From contig OZ241867.1 in NCBI GenBank assembly GCA_965203175.1, positions 2,336,001 through 2,400,000 on the forward strand: a stretch of DNA of 64,000 nt. The letters run 5' to 3'. Both the position numbers and the translations under genes were made by a program. Shown here one piece after another: positions 1 to 12,014 of this stretch. Under the pieces are notes generated by a model. That model saw only the letters and a program-made list of their open reading frames with translations, did not search any database and was not told the DNA's origin. This stretch comes from Candidatus Latescibacterota bacterium (GTDB taxonomy: Bacteria; Latescibacterota; UBA2968; UBA8231). Positions within the stretch are counted from its first letter, which is position 1; every line of letters starts with the position of its first letter.

Positions 1-509
1 AAGAACAAGTACCAGGCTCCGAGTGGCTCAATCCACGCCTCCCACGGAATCGGTGCCCCCGCAGGCAAGCCCTCGTGGAGATCCTTCACCATCTGGAAGT
101 CCTTGGGTGCCACCCAGTCGGGGGTGTGAGTTGCGAAGAGTTCGACCCAGTTGTTCTCGGGCGTGGCGTAGTAGACCAGCCCGCTGATGACGGGGATCAG
201 GTAGCCGACAAAGGCTTGGGTGGGTACGGTGGCGGCCAGCAGGGCCATGACGTAGGCCATGACGAGGTCGGCCTTGCTCAGCGCTAGTTGCCGCCCGATT
301 GCGCCCAGCAGTGCATTGACAAAGATCGCCAAGATGAACAGCAGGAAGATGGCCGCTGGCAGAGAACTGTTGCGCGCTAGATCGGCACCACCGACGAGCA
401 GTACGGCGTAGGGCACGCCGGTCCCCACCAAGAGCGACAGCAAGATGCCGGCCACCAGGCCCTTATAGGTGAACGGACTCGGGCTCTTGGGCGACGTGGA
501 GTTAGACAT
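1..509 (-). CDS. Polytopic membrane protein, DUF6785-like/putative transporter (runs off the window edge)
   Basis: Not in the ORF track. Manual translation from ATG 509: MSNSTSPKSPSPFTYKGLVAGILLSLLVG...YYATPENNW...IPWEAWIEPLGAW, with several hydrophobic helices; open to position 1. Confidence 0.65.
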   Translation of the reverse strand, partial: MSNSTSPKSPSPFTYKGLVAGILLSLLVGTGVPYAVLLVGGADLARNSSLPAAIFLLFILAIFVNALLGAIGRQLALSKADLVMAYVMALLAATVPTQAFVGYLIPVISGLVYYATPENNWVELFATHTPDWVAPKDFQMVKDLHEGLPAGAPIPWEAWIEPLGAWYLF

Positions 510-581
510 CCTTGTACGGACCTCAGTTGCCTAGCGCCTGAAGTGTTGGCCGTCAGGTCAAACAACCCATGCGCTACTCGC

Positions 582-2216
<1,635 letters not shown>

Positions 2217-2234
2217 TAAATGGTGCTCCTTGTG

Positions 2235-3284
2235 CTAAACGCTTGGTAGGACGGCTCCGACCCGCTGAGCGCAATCTAGGATTTGCCGCCAAGTTTCTTC
2301 TTCGACCGTTACGCCGGCCTGCCGCCGCTGTCGCTCTTGCTTTTCCAGCTCTCCGGGCAGCAGGATGGCATCGACGCCCTCGGCTTTGGGCGAGGCCCGC
2401 AAATAGGTCGCGAACGCCCGCACTTGGGCCGCGTACTCGGCGAACGGCTGAAAGCGCCCAATGTCGATGACCAGCAAGAAGCAGCCGTTGCCGATCCGCG
2501 CCTTCCGGCCCCGCGCACAACCCGCCCCGCTCAGCGCCCCGCCCAACAGCTCCACTACTACCCCGAGCCCGTAGCCCTTGTAGCCCATGAGGCCGCCAAA
2601 GGGCAAGAGGTTGCCGCGCGGCTCGTCGTAAAAGTCCGCGGGATCCGTCGATGGCTGGCCAGCCGCGTCGATGATCCATCCCTCGGGGACCGGCTCGCCG
2701 CGATTGCGCTTGACCCGCACCTTGCCCTCGGCCACCACGCTGGTCGTGATGTCCAGCACGAGTGCGCCGCCTTCTCCGTCGGGCCAGCCACCTGCCAGCG
2801 GGTTGGTGCCCAAGCGCCCGGCGATGCCACCCCAAGGGGCCACGCCAGCGCCAGCGCCGTGCGAGTTGGCGCAGAGCAGGCCGATCATGTTGGCTTCGGC
2901 GATGTGCTCCACATAGCTGCCGAGGCGACCGATGTGGTTGGCGTTTTTGACGGTTATAGCTGCGACTCCGCAGTTGCCAGCGCGTTCCAAGCCCATTTCC
3001 ACCGCTTGGTTCATCACGACTTGGCCAAATCCCCAGTGCCCGTCGAGCACGGCCGCCGCGGTTGTCTGGCGCACGATTTCGACCTCGGCGTGGGGGACGA
3101 TCTCCCCCTTTTCAATGGTGCTTATGTACTGGGGAATGCGGATGACGCCGTGCGAATCGTGTCCCACGGCATTGGCGTCGGCCAGCAGCTTGGCGACGAC
3201 ATCGGCTGCCTTGGGTGGCGCGCCGGCTGCGCCGAAGATGGCTGCGCCGACTTGGCGCAGGTGTTCAATGGAAAATACGGGCAT
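2235..3284 (-). CDS. Ldh_2 family (malate/L-lactate/ureidoglycolate) dehydrogenase
   Basis: GHDSHG, HIGRLG, GTNP, LDITTS and GYKGYGL motifs. Confidence 0.9.
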   Translation of the reverse strand: MPVFSIEHLRQVGAAIFGAAGAPPKAADVVAKLLADANAVGHDSHGVIRIPQYISTIEKGEIVPHAEVEIVRQTTAAAVLDGHWGFGQVVMNQAVEMGLERAGNCGVAAITVKNANHIGRLGSYVEHIAEANMIGLLCANSHGAGAGVAPWGGIAGRLGTNPLAGGWPDGEGGALVLDITTSVVAEGKVRVKRNRGEPVPEGWIIDAAGQPSTDPADFYDEPRGNLLPFGGLMGYKGYGLGVVVELLGGALSGAGCARGRKARIGNGCFLLVIDIGRFQPFAEYAAQVRAFATYLRASPKAEGVDAILLPGELEKQERQRRQAGVTVEEETWRQILDCAQRVGAVLPSV

Positions 3285-3289
3285 GGAGT

Positions 3290-4750
3290 TTATCGGGGTA
3301 TAGACGCCGCCAGTACTGCCAGCAGGTCTTGCGCCTGCTCCTCGGAGAGTTTGGCCCGCCGTCGCGCTTTGTCAATTAGGGTTTCGGAACTAGCGACCTT
3401 GCCCTCGGTGTATATCTTTAGGGCCTCGCGGCAGAGCGATTGCACTAAGCGGATAGCTTTGTCGCCATCCACGCCGACCTCGGCGGCGGCATTGGCGATT
3501 TGCTCCTGCAGCCGCCCTTGCTCTAGGTCGGTGAGCGTCTTGGCCAGCAGTTTTTGCAAGAGATGTTGTGCCTGCGCCCGCCAAGTCCCCGCGTATTCGG
3601 CTAGGTCCATGACAATCCCGTCGGTGCGGGCATTAATGCGGTCCGCGGTCAGGCGCGCCAGCGAATGAGTCAATCTGTAATAGAGAGAATCTACTTGGCC
3701 CAGCGACACCTCGTCGTCGTCGTTGAGCGCACGCACCCAATCCGGCGCTGGCTTCCTCTTCGCCAACAACGACCAGTTCTTCCGCGACTTAAGGGCTGGT
3801 GCCGACGCAGTTTGCACGGCTTCTTGTGGCTTTCTCGCGGTCGTTATCGTGCCAGAATCTCTGCTAGCTGCCTTAGTTGGAATTTCTCGCTGTGCGACCG
3901 GACTTTTCTCAACGGCAACCGAGTCTTGCACATCCGGATCCTTCGCTTCATCTGGTTTCTGCTGGACCACCTTCGGCACGGTAATCTCCCGCTTCTTCTC
4001 CGCGATCTCCGCGATGACCTGCTGCTTGGGGGGTAGCAGGCGCAACCCCGAAGGCTGCCCCTTGAGCTGCACCTTGCCCTGCCACCAGATCCACTTGTTG
4101 CTCTGCCGCACTTTGTCGCGCAGTTCCTCGGTGGGATGGTCGGAATCCGGCAGCAGGAAGAGCGCGTCGAGCACCATGTCGGGCTGGGGATAGAAGCCCA
4201 GCCAGCGCCAGGGAATGCCCACTTCAAAGGTGTAGAGCTGATCGCGCAGTGCCCCTCCGGCTTTCACGGGCGCGAGCTCTGTGGGTTTTCTGCGCTGCAT
4301 GTTCCCCCACAGATAAGGTGTGCCGTTGGTCGGACTCAGCCAGATGGTATGTCCCAAGGGCTTCTCGGGGCCGCGCAAGAAAATTTTCAGGTGATCGTAG
4401 TAAAACATCGCGTCTTTGCGCTCCCCGGATGGGCCGCGCCATTCGCTTTCGTCGGGGGGAATCTGTTGGGCATCTACGATATCGTCAACTACTGCGGCTG
4501 CTACGTACACGTAGTCGGCGTCCCACATCAGATAGAGATCGGCCTCGTGATCCGACGAGCCAGTAAAGGCCCCGCGCACGCCCACGCGCTCGCTGCCGGG
4601 GACTAGGCCGATGCGCTCGGGTGCTCCCCACTCGACCAATATGCCGTCGAGGATAGGCTTGGAAGTCGCGGGTACCACGGCGACCGGCTCGGCACCGCCA
4701 GCTCCCACGGCCATCAGGCTCGCCCACGCGGCCCAAACAGCGCGCCGCAT
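3290..4750 (-). CDS. Secreted protein with N-terminal CBM9/DOMON-like sugar-binding domain, low-complexity linker and helical C-terminal domain
   Basis: Start reassigned to ATG 4750 (TAATG overlap with the deaminase stop). Signal peptide MRRAVWAAW...; pattern P.LDG.L.EW...YLMWDADYVYVAAAVVDD...FEVGIPW. Confidence 0.6.
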   Translation of the reverse strand: MRRAVWAAWASLMAVGAGGAEPVAVVPATSKPILDGILVEWGAPERIGLVPGSERVGVRGAFTGSSDHEADLYLMWDADYVYVAAAVVDDIVDAQQIPPDESEWRGPSGERKDAMFYYDHLKIFLRGPEKPLGHTIWLSPTNGTPYLWGNMQRRKPTELAPVKAGGALRDQLYTFEVGIPWRWLGFYPQPDMVLDALFLLPDSDHPTEELRDKVRQSNKWIWWQGKVQLKGQPSGLRLLPPKQQVIAEIAEKKREITVPKVVQQKPDEAKDPDVQDSVAVEKSPVAQREIPTKAASRDSGTITTARKPQEAVQTASAPALKSRKNWSLLAKRKPAPDWVRALNDDDEVSLGQVDSLYYRLTHSLARLTADRINARTDGIVMDLAEYAGTWRAQAQHLLQKLLAKTLTDLEQGRLQEQIANAAAEVGVDGDKAIRLVQSLCREALKIYTEGKVASSETLIDKARRRAKLSEEQAQDLLAVLAASIPR

Positions 4751-5292
4751 TACTCGTCTTGGCGCAAGGAGGAGACGGCCCAAGCAGCGTCTGGGTCGTC
4801 CATGGCCACGGCCCGCACGCCGCCCGGCACAAAGGACAACAGCTCGTCGTAGCTGGCCTGCCGCTCGGCGTCGGGATAGATCCAATCGTGTAGGTAATAC
4901 ACCGCGTGTATCTTGGCTTGGAGGATTTCTTTGGCACAGCCAAAACAAGGCCGCATCGTCGAATACAGCAGCGCTCCTTCGGTGGCGATCCCAAAGCGCG
5001 CCGCCGATAGCAGCGCGTTCTGCTCGGCGTGGACGCAGATGCACAAATCGTAGTCCTTGCCCGAAGCGTACTGGTCGCGGCGAGTGCAGCGGTCGCAGCC
5101 GCCGTCGAGGCAGTTGACCATGTTGTGCGGGGTGCCGTTGTAGCCGGTCGAAATGATCCGGTCGTTTTGCACCAAGATCGCCCCAATGCGGTTGCCCGTG
5201 CAGTTGGCGCGCGCCCGGACGGCCATGGCGATGCGCATGTAGTACTCGTCCCAATCGGGCCGCTCGAACACAGTGCTTCCCATCCTCGACAT
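4750..5292 (-). CDS. dCMP deaminase family protein (ComEB-like)
   Basis: RPDWDEYY, TGYNG, HAEQNA and PCFGC zinc motifs. Confidence 0.93.
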   Translation of the reverse strand: MSRMGSTVFERPDWDEYYMRIAMAVRARANCTGNRIGAILVQNDRIISTGYNGTPHNMVNCLDGGCDRCTRRDQYASGKDYDLCICVHAEQNALLSAARFGIATEGALLYSTMRPCFGCAKEILQAKIHAVYYLHDWIYPDAERQASYDELLSFVPGGVRAVAMDDPDAAWAVSSLRQDE

Positions 5293-5401
5293 GATTGCTC
5301 AGTCACCTAAGCTATTTCGTGCAAATGGTGCGGAATGCGGGTTGGTCGGAGAATAGTACGACTGCTCTTGTAGCGGGTCAACCGCGACATAGTAGGGATG
5401 A

Positions 5402-7408
5402 TCAATAAGCCAACCCCACTGGGATGAGTCTCTTGATTACCTCGGCCTCCCCCTCGACTTCGAGCCCGAGCAGGTAGAGGCCCGTCGGCAAAAGTGTCCC
5501 GCTGTTGTCGCGGCCATCCCAACGAATGCGCTGTAGGCCCGACTTCTGGCTGCCTATCGCCAGCGTGGCGACTTTGCGGCCGTCGAGCGCGTGGATATTC
5601 AGCCGGGTGGCCACGGTACGGGGCAGCCCTAAGAGAGTATACTCGATTTTCAGCAGGTCGTTGATGCCGTCGCCGTTGGGCGTGACGACCGCGGTAGAGA
5701 GGCGCAGGTCGCGGATCTTTTCGGCCTGAGTGGTCGAGGAAGCAAGGACGCGCAGAGTACTAGTGGCAATGTCGTCGCCGACGTCGCCACCCCGCAGGGG
5801 CTGAGGTAGGCTCTGGCGCTGGCTGTCGAGAACTTCGCCGTCGAAGGTCCAGGCAAAGTCGAAGACCTCGGCGGCGAAAATGACGCGGATCAACTCGTTG
5901 CGCCCGGCGTTCAGGTGCTCCGGCAAGCGTATCGTCAATCCGTCTGCGCTTTCGACTACCTCGCTCGCTTCGACCTGTTGCAAAGGGATGCCCATTTCGA
6001 GGTGCTTGAACGCGGGCGGTCCGCCGGTGCGGATGTGCAGCGCGTCGAAGCCGGTGTCGCCAGCGGAAACTTCCGCTTTGACATCGTAGACGAACTCCGT
6101 CATCGCGCCCATTTCTACTTCGGCAACGCCGCGCAGAGGCTGCGGGTCGTCCAACCGGGCCACTTCGCCGATGACCGAAGTAGCCAAAGTTGGCGAGGTT
6201 TCAATCCACAGGGAATCGAGCCGCACGAAGGCAGCGAAATCCTCGCTGTTCAGCAAGATTTTTAGCTGTAGATGGGAGCCGGACCGCAAGCCGAGCGTTT
6301 GGCCCGACTCCAACGTCGGGACTGACCAGAAAGTCCAGTTGTCTTGGTCGTATTCGATTCCAGCGCGAATTCCCGGTTTGGGGCGCGTCGTCAGCGTCAA
6401 GGCTCCCCCTTGCCCATCGTTGACGTTGACCGCCCCCCTCGGGTTTTTGAGCACGTCCTGGTAGCGTTGCTGCGACACTGAGACGCGGGTGCCCATGTCG
6501 GTGAACTCGTAGTAGATGTCCGGCTTGGGGTCAATGCCAGTGCGCGCCTCGACTTGGATTGAGACGGGGGCATCGGCGGCCTCCACCGGCTCGCCATCCA
6601 CCATTCGCAGCGGGGTCGCCGACCAAGAGAAACGACCGAAGTTGACCTTCTGCCCTAAGTCGAATATCCGCGTCTTGTACACTGCACGCAGGGGAACACC
6701 CTCGCCGAAGATTTCGAAATCGCCGATGGTGCCTCGATAGGCTTGGCCCTTGGCCCAAATTTCCTGTGAGGATATTTGCAATGCCTCGATCTGTGCAGCT
6801 TCGAGCGAGCGCGAGAGCCGGCGGATATAGCGGGCGAAGCGCACGTACTGGCGGGGAAACTGGTGCCGCACGACGGGACGGAAATTCTCCTGCACGTCGG
6901 CGATCTGCCGCCATTCGTTCGGGTTGTGGGCGGCGATGTAGAGTTCGTAGGCGGGTACGACATCTTCGCGCAGACTGTTGCCGTCCGAGCGGTATCCCTG
7001 CGAGGGCGTGTAGAATCCGAAGGAGAAGACGGGCACTGGCACGGCTAGGTCGAAGGTAAAGGTGCGGCCGTCGGGACTGGCACCCGACGAGGGCGCGAGA
7101 TAGGACGTGCTGTCGCCGTCCACCAAGCGCAAATTGCCAGACACTCGCGGTCTTTCGCCGTCGACGTAGCCCAGTTCGCGGGGAGTCCAACTGCCCCAGT
7201 TAGTCAAATAGGAGAAGACGGAGCGGTCGGGCTGTATGTAGACGGGCTGTATCGCGCCAGGCGTGGTCGTCTCATCGATGAGAATGGCGACCGAGTCGTG
7301 TTCGGCCCACTCCAAGCCGCTACCGCCTATCTGCCACAAGTCAATGTCAGCTTCTGCCGTGGTGACCCAAGAGGCGACCAGCCACAGCAAGATGAGCGCA
7401 TAGGTCAT
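5402..7408 (-). CDS. Secreted protein with C-terminal FlgD-type Ig domain
   Basis: Signal peptide from ATG 7408 (alternative coupled start 7468). C-terminus TPNGDGIND...WDGRD...G.Y; paralogous to the upstream gene. Confidence 0.75.
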   Translation of the reverse strand: MTYALILLWLVASWVTTAEADIDLWQIGGSGLEWAEHDSVAILIDETTTPGAIQPVYIQPDRSVFSYLTNWGSWTPRELGYVDGERPRVSGNLRLVDGDSTSYLAPSSGASPDGRTFTFDLAVPVPVFSFGFYTPSQGYRSDGNSLREDVVPAYELYIAAHNPNEWRQIADVQENFRPVVRHQFPRQYVRFARYIRRLSRSLEAAQIEALQISSQEIWAKGQAYRGTIGDFEIFGEGVPLRAVYKTRIFDLGQKVNFGRFSWSATPLRMVDGEPVEAADAPVSIQVEARTGIDPKPDIYYEFTDMGTRVSVSQQRYQDVLKNPRGAVNVNDGQGGALTLTTRPKPGIRAGIEYDQDNWTFWSVPTLESGQTLGLRSGSHLQLKILLNSEDFAAFVRLDSLWIETSPTLATSVIGEVARLDDPQPLRGVAEVEMGAMTEFVYDVKAEVSAGDTGFDALHIRTGGPPAFKHLEMGIPLQQVEASEVVESADGLTIRLPEHLNAGRNELIRVIFAAEVFDFAWTFDGEVLDSQRQSLPQPLRGGDVGDDIATSTLRVLASSTTQAEKIRDLRLSTAVVTPNGDGINDLLKIEYTLLGLPRTVATRLNIHALDGRKVATLAIGSQKSGLQRIRWDGRDNSGTLLPTGLYLLGLEVEGEAEVIKRLIPVGLAY

Positions 7409-7467
7409 ATGATTCCTATGGCTGAGTGCCCGGCAGGTAGTCAGGCGTTGGGTTGGTTTCGTGTCCA

Positions 7468-9771
7468 TTAGTAGACTACCGAAATCAGGTGGTTTTCGCT
7501 GCGGGTAAGCGCGTCGCCCTCGGCCGTGACGCGGAGGATGTAGATGCCCGGCGCGACGGTGCGGCCTTGGCTGTCGCGTCCGTCCCATTGATAGGTCTGG
7601 TGCCCGGCCGTGGTGGCTGCATCGCTGATGAGCGCAACCCGGCGGCCGGTCAAGGTATAGACATCGATGATAACCGGACGAGGAGCGAGCACTTTGAACA
7701 GGTTGAGGTCAATGTGCAACCGGTCTGAAATCCCGTCGCCATTGGGCGTTAGTACCCGGTTCGATAGCGACAGATCCGCAAAGAGTCGCCCGTCGGTGGG
7801 CAAGGAGACAAAGGTGCGGTCGCTGGCAATGGCGGTCTCGGCGTCGCCAGGGTCAACCTGTTGGCGCAAAGTGGTTGACAGGGCGCTGTTGAACAGAAAG
7901 GCTTCGAAGCGGGTCTGATTGAGATAGAGAATACTTTCAAAGTCGATTTCGAGTAAGGTCGAGCGTCGCACTGGCTCAGCGAGGCTGATTTTGAAGCCCT
8001 GTTCGGTTTCTTCGACCGTAGGGGCGACCGGCTCGCCAGCGAGGCGCAACGCGTGGAAGGTGGCCCCAGCGGTAGAGGTCAGTTGGATCTGATCAAAGCC
8101 ACGGCTCGACGAGACGAAGTCAGAGTGAAGATAGTACGTAAACTGGCTCCGTTCGCCGGGGACGACCTCAATGGGGAAAACTTCGGCGCGCGTCTCTTGG
8201 GCCAGTGGGTTGTCGTATTCGAGGACGATATCGTCTAAGGTCGCGGCGGCGAAAGGGTCTTCGGAGAGGAAGCGGATGTCCAACTGCACGTAGCGGCGGG
8301 GGCCGGGCGAGAGGAAGACCTGGCCGGAGGTGGCGTAGGCGCGGCTCCAATTGCTCCAGTCGGCTCCCGCGGTGCGAATGGTGTCGATGGGCCCTCGGAA
8401 GCTAGGGATCAGCTTGTCGTATTTCCGCTCGGTGACTTGCTTGCCGTTTTTGTCGTAAAAGACGTACTGACTGTCGAGGAGGTTGCCGGTGCGGCTGCGA
8501 ATTTCGACGCGCGTTTGTGGCGGCGCGTCGAGGTTCCAGCCTATGTCCGCAATGTGTTGTATGGAACCGAGGTCGTAGATGGGCGACCGCGCCATGACTT
8601 CGGCTGGATGGCCTTCGCCGAAGACCTGCCACTCGGCGGTGGTGCCGATGCGGCCATTAAAAGCTTCAAAGCCCTCGGACATGGGGAAGATCAGCCGCAC
8701 GTGGCGGACTTTGCGCAAGGGGAAGCGCTCTTGGAAGTGGCGGACTTTCGTTAGATTGCGTCGATCCGAGGGCAATTCGCCCAGCAACTCCCAGCTCAAC
8801 GAGCCATCCGGTGCCCGAGAGCCGTCGGAGACAAAAAACTGATACCACAGATAATTGAAGACACCAGACCGGTGGCGACCCGAGCCTTTGCCCGGGGCTA
8901 CGCCGCTGTCATCACCCAGCATCCGCACCCGATCCACCCAATACAGCGCGCCTAGGTCTATTTCGAACTGACCGATCTGCTGTTCAGGTTGGGTACCCGA
9001 ACCGCCGCGATGCACCGTGCCCCAATAGGTGGTGATATCGCCATCGACGAGAGTATTGCTGATCCCCTTCGACTCGATGAGGGTGCGACCCAACTTAGAG
9101 GTGGCCTCAGAGATGATTTCGACACTGCCGCCCCGGCCCCATATCCCCAGCGAAAGATTGTCGCCGATGCTTTCGACCACCACCTCGCTCAGGCGGATAT
9201 TCTCCGTGGGCAGATCGGCTTCAATGCGGATATTCTTGAGCGGCTTAAGCTCATAGTCAATCTCGATGACGTGGGCTTTGTTAAAGCTGTAGCGCCAGCG
9301 CTTGTTGTAGCGCAGCGTGCCGGGGAGTATGGAATTGGCATTGCTGAAGAAAGGCTCGCCATCGGAGGTAAGAAGCTTGAAAAACTCCAGCGGGGCGCTG
9401 TCGGCGGCGAAGTGGAGCTGGATTTTGCGCGCCGAGACCACGCGCCCCAGATCGACTTCAATCCACCAATCCTCGACGTTGGCGTTTGGCTCGGGAGCCC
9501 AATAGGTCGTCAGGTCGCCGTCGATGAAATGGCGGGCATCGCCGGGATTGGAGCCGACTTTGCGGATGCCGCCACTGGCAAAGTCTAAGGCGTTGGCCAC
9601 GGCGTTGATGTCGCGGCGGACAAAGGCGGGTTTGAGCGTACCGAGCGCGACTTCGACGGCGTCGCCGGGCAGTTGCCATTGGCGCCAGTCGTTGGAGGTG
9701 GCGATGCGGAGTTGGTCGCCAGCGAGGGGCGTGGCGAGCAGCAGGGCACTGACGAGGATGGCGTTGCGCAT
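7468..9771 (-). CDS. Secreted protein with discoidin/F5-8-like domains and C-terminal FlgD-type Ig domain
   Basis: Signal peptide MRNAILVSALLL; two IDGD.TTYW...DLG repeats; TPNGDG...WDGRD...PGIY. Confidence 0.78.
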   Translation of the reverse strand: MRNAILVSALLLATPLAGDQLRIATSNDWRQWQLPGDAVEVALGTLKPAFVRRDINAVANALDFASGGIRKVGSNPGDARHFIDGDLTTYWAPEPNANVEDWWIEVDLGRVVSARKIQLHFAADSAPLEFFKLLTSDGEPFFSNANSILPGTLRYNKRWRYSFNKAHVIEIDYELKPLKNIRIEADLPTENIRLSEVVVESIGDNLSLGIWGRGGSVEIISEATSKLGRTLIESKGISNTLVDGDITTYWGTVHRGGSGTQPEQQIGQFEIDLGALYWVDRVRMLGDDSGVAPGKGSGRHRSGVFNYLWYQFFVSDGSRAPDGSLSWELLGELPSDRRNLTKVRHFQERFPLRKVRHVRLIFPMSEGFEAFNGRIGTTAEWQVFGEGHPAEVMARSPIYDLGSIQHIADIGWNLDAPPQTRVEIRSRTGNLLDSQYVFYDKNGKQVTERKYDKLIPSFRGPIDTIRTAGADWSNWSRAYATSGQVFLSPGPRRYVQLDIRFLSEDPFAAATLDDIVLEYDNPLAQETRAEVFPIEVVPGERSQFTYYLHSDFVSSSRGFDQIQLTSTAGATFHALRLAGEPVAPTVEETEQGFKISLAEPVRRSTLLEIDFESILYLNQTRFEAFLFNSALSTTLRQQVDPGDAETAIASDRTFVSLPTDGRLFADLSLSNRVLTPNGDGISDRLHIDLNLFKVLAPRPVIIDVYTLTGRRVALISDAATTAGHQTYQWDGRDSQGRTVAPGIYILRVTAEGDALTRSENHLISVVY

Positions 9772-9849
9772 GGGATATATCCGGTTGAGCCGAACAATAA
9801 TCCAATATAGGACGCGCAAAAGGGGACTAACAACAAATAATTCCCCGCG

Positions 9850-10227
9850 CTAGGTCACCCCTATGGAAGCGTGGATCTGAGCAAACTTCCATTCACCCGC
9901 GTCCCGCTCCAATACGCCCGTCAAACGCAGGGCCAGTTCCTCGTCCTGGCCTTGCCATTTGAGCCGCCACTGCTGCCGAGTGTAGAACCAAGCCACTGAA
10001 TCGCGCTCCTGCACGTCGAGGTGCTCTATGTCGATGGTGAAATCCCGGGTACTGGCGACGTGGTGGTGGTAGTACTGGGCAGCGCGTCCACCGCCCTCGA
10101 TGTATTCCCCCGGTTCAGTGCCGATCTTGACAAAGTGATCGGCTGGAGAGATGAGATCGATGAGCCGGTCGGCATCGCCTGTTGTCAACGCGGCGAAGTA
10201 AGCCTCGACCTTCTGGCGGGCGTTCAT
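9850..10227 (-). CDS. SnoaL-like/NTF2 family protein
   Basis: 125 aa; LRLTGVL...WKFAQIHAS C-terminal pattern. Confidence 0.8.
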   Translation of the reverse strand: MNARQKVEAYFAALTTGDADRLIDLISPADHFVKIGTEPGEYIEGGGRAAQYYHHHVASTRDFTIDIEHLDVQERDSVAWFYTRQQWRLKWQGQDEELALRLTGVLERDAGEWKFAQIHASIGVT

Positions 10228-10640
10228 GGCGCAGGCTCCTGTACCCGCTCGTAGGGGATGGCGGCCACCGCGTCTATTTCAATGAGGTACTCGGGCCGCA
10301 CCAGCCGGCTGACCTCGACGAGGGTACTGGCTGGATAGGGTGGCGCGAAGTACTCGGCCCGCACTCGGTGGATTTGGTCGAGATGGGCCATATCCGTGAC
10401 GAAGACCGTCACTTTGACAATATCGTCCAGACGGCCTCCCACATGGGCCAGCACTTGGGCTAGATTGTCTAGCACTTGGCGCGTCTGCGCCTCGATATCG
10501 CCGATACCTACCGCGTGGCCGTCGGCGACTTGGGCCACTTGGCCCGAAAGGTGGAGGACGCGGCCTTCGGCTTGCCAGGCGGCGCTGGAGAAAATGCCAA
10601 AGGGTTGGACGACGTCGGGGGGATTGAAGGCTTGGGGCAC
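10224..10640 (-). CDS. RidA/YjgF family protein
   Basis: LSGQVA, QTRQVLDNL, PASTLVEV and LIEIDAVA motifs. Confidence 0.92.
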   Translation of the reverse strand: MPQAFNPPDVVQPFGIFSSAAWQAEGRVLHLSGQVAQVADGHAVGIGDIEAQTRQVLDNLAQVLAHVGGRLDDIVKVTVFVTDMAHLDQIHRVRAEYFAPPYPASTLVEVSRLVRPEYLIEIDAVAAIPYERVQEPAP

Positions 10641-10721
10641 AATGGAAATCTCCTCAGTGAATTTGCAGGTGACCGCGCAGAAGGTAGCGCAACTTCTTGC
10701 GGTCCGCAGCCATCCGCAAGT

Positions 10722-10752
10722 TTGACAGCCAACGGCTCTCTTGTATTATAAT
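10722..10752 (+). promoter_or_regulatory. Putative sigma70 promoter
   Basis: TTGACA at 10722, then TATTAT (16-nt spacer) or TATAAT, upstream of the DUF3179 gene. Confidence 0.5.
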
Positions 10753-10776
10753 TAAATCTCCCGCATCGCTATCCTA

Positions 10777-11889
10777 GTGTCCGACGCCATGGTTCGCATT
10801 CTGCTCACTCTCTTCATCGCCGTTCCCCTCCACGCCGACATCTACAATCGCCTCGGCGAGTTGACCCACCACCTGCACTCGGGCGGAGTGCCCCGCGACG
10901 GCATCCCGGCCATGACCAATCCCCAAAGCGTTGCACCGGAGGATGCGCACTATCTCGCGGATACAGATCGAATCCTCGGCGTGGTCGCAAATGATGCAGC
11001 GCGGGCCTATCCGCATCGCCTCGGTTGGAAGCACGAAGTCATCAACGACCAGCTCGGCGGCCAGTACATCAGCGTCACGTTCTGTCCGCTGACCAGCACT
11101 GGACTAGTTTTTAACGCGACGGCCCCAGACTCAGCACAAATCGAATTCGGCGTCTCTGGCGTGGTGCTCAACAGCAACTTGGTGCTGTACGACCGCCGCG
11201 ACGAGAAAACTCTGTACCCGCAGATGATCTACGTTGGTATTAGCGGCGAATACAGAGGGCGGCGCCTCCAGCTCTTGCCCGTAGTCGAGACGACGTGGGG
11301 CCTGTGGCGCGCGCTGCATCCGCACACCACGGTCGTCCAAGCGGCGACCGGCCTCGACCGCTACCCGGATTATATCCGCGCACTGTATCCGCTTGAGGCG
11401 TACCGCCACTACCCTTATGGGAGCTATCGCGGCGACCACCGGATGATTATTTTTCCGCTTACCACCGCTCGGCCCAGCGATCGCTTGTCGGCCAAGGAAA
11501 TGGTCTTGGGGTTGCGAGCCGCTGGCGAGACCAAGGCTTATCCCTTTACTTGGATGCCCGACAAGGCCGTCATCAACGATCGCGTTGGCGACCGCGCCGT
11601 GCTCGTGCTCTACCACTTAGCGACTGCCACCGCCATCCCCTACAGCCGCGTCGTCGACGGCCAGCTTTTGACCTTTCGCATCCTCAGCCGCACCGACGAC
11701 CTGCCTTTGGCCTTTGCCGACGTGGAGACCGGCAGCGAGTGGAACATGCTCGGCGAGGCCCTTTCTGGCCCACTCAAGGGAGCGCAGTTAGAGCAGATCC
11801 CAGCCTATAATTCGATGTGGTTTGGGTGGTCGGCCTACTGGCCGGAGACCCGCTTGTGGAATGGCGAGGGCATTCTGTCTTCGCTCTAA
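10777..11889 (+). CDS. DUF3179 domain secreted protein
   Basis: GGVPRDGIPA, RAYP...HEVIND, TFCPLT, FGVSG...SNLV.YDR and WF.W.AY.PET motifs; start may be ATG 10789. Confidence 0.85.
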   Translation: MSDAMVRILLTLFIAVPLHADIYNRLGELTHHLHSGGVPRDGIPAMTNPQSVAPEDAHYLADTDRILGVVANDAARAYPHRLGWKHEVINDQLGGQYISVTFCPLTSTGLVFNATAPDSAQIEFGVSGVVLNSNLVLYDRRDEKTLYPQMIYVGISGEYRGRRLQLLPVVETTWGLWRALHPHTTVVQAATGLDRYPDYIRALYPLEAYRHYPYGSYRGDHRMIIFPLTTARPSDRLSAKEMVLGLRAAGETKAYPFTWMPDKAVINDRVGDRAVLVLYHLATATAIPYSRVVDGQLLTFRILSRTDDLPLAFADVETGSEWNMLGEALSGPLKGAQLEQIPAYNSMWFGWSAYWPETRLWNGEGILSSL

Positions 11890-12014
11890 TTAAGAAGCTG
11901 AAAATCCCCTTCGCCGGCCTTGTCCGCCGCGCTTGCACCGCCTAAAGGCGGCGTATATGCGCTCGCGCTCGGGGCACACCCGGAATTTCCAGATAGCTTC
12001 TAAGGAGCTTGGCT

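Noticed and set aside
4751-5254. N-terminal extension of the 654-aa ORF (likewise extensions of 19125-20168, 20068-20799, 30573-32252, 33938-35284, 53676-54821)
   Set aside because: They overlap real upstream genes; internal starts with an RBS or stop-start coupling fit better.
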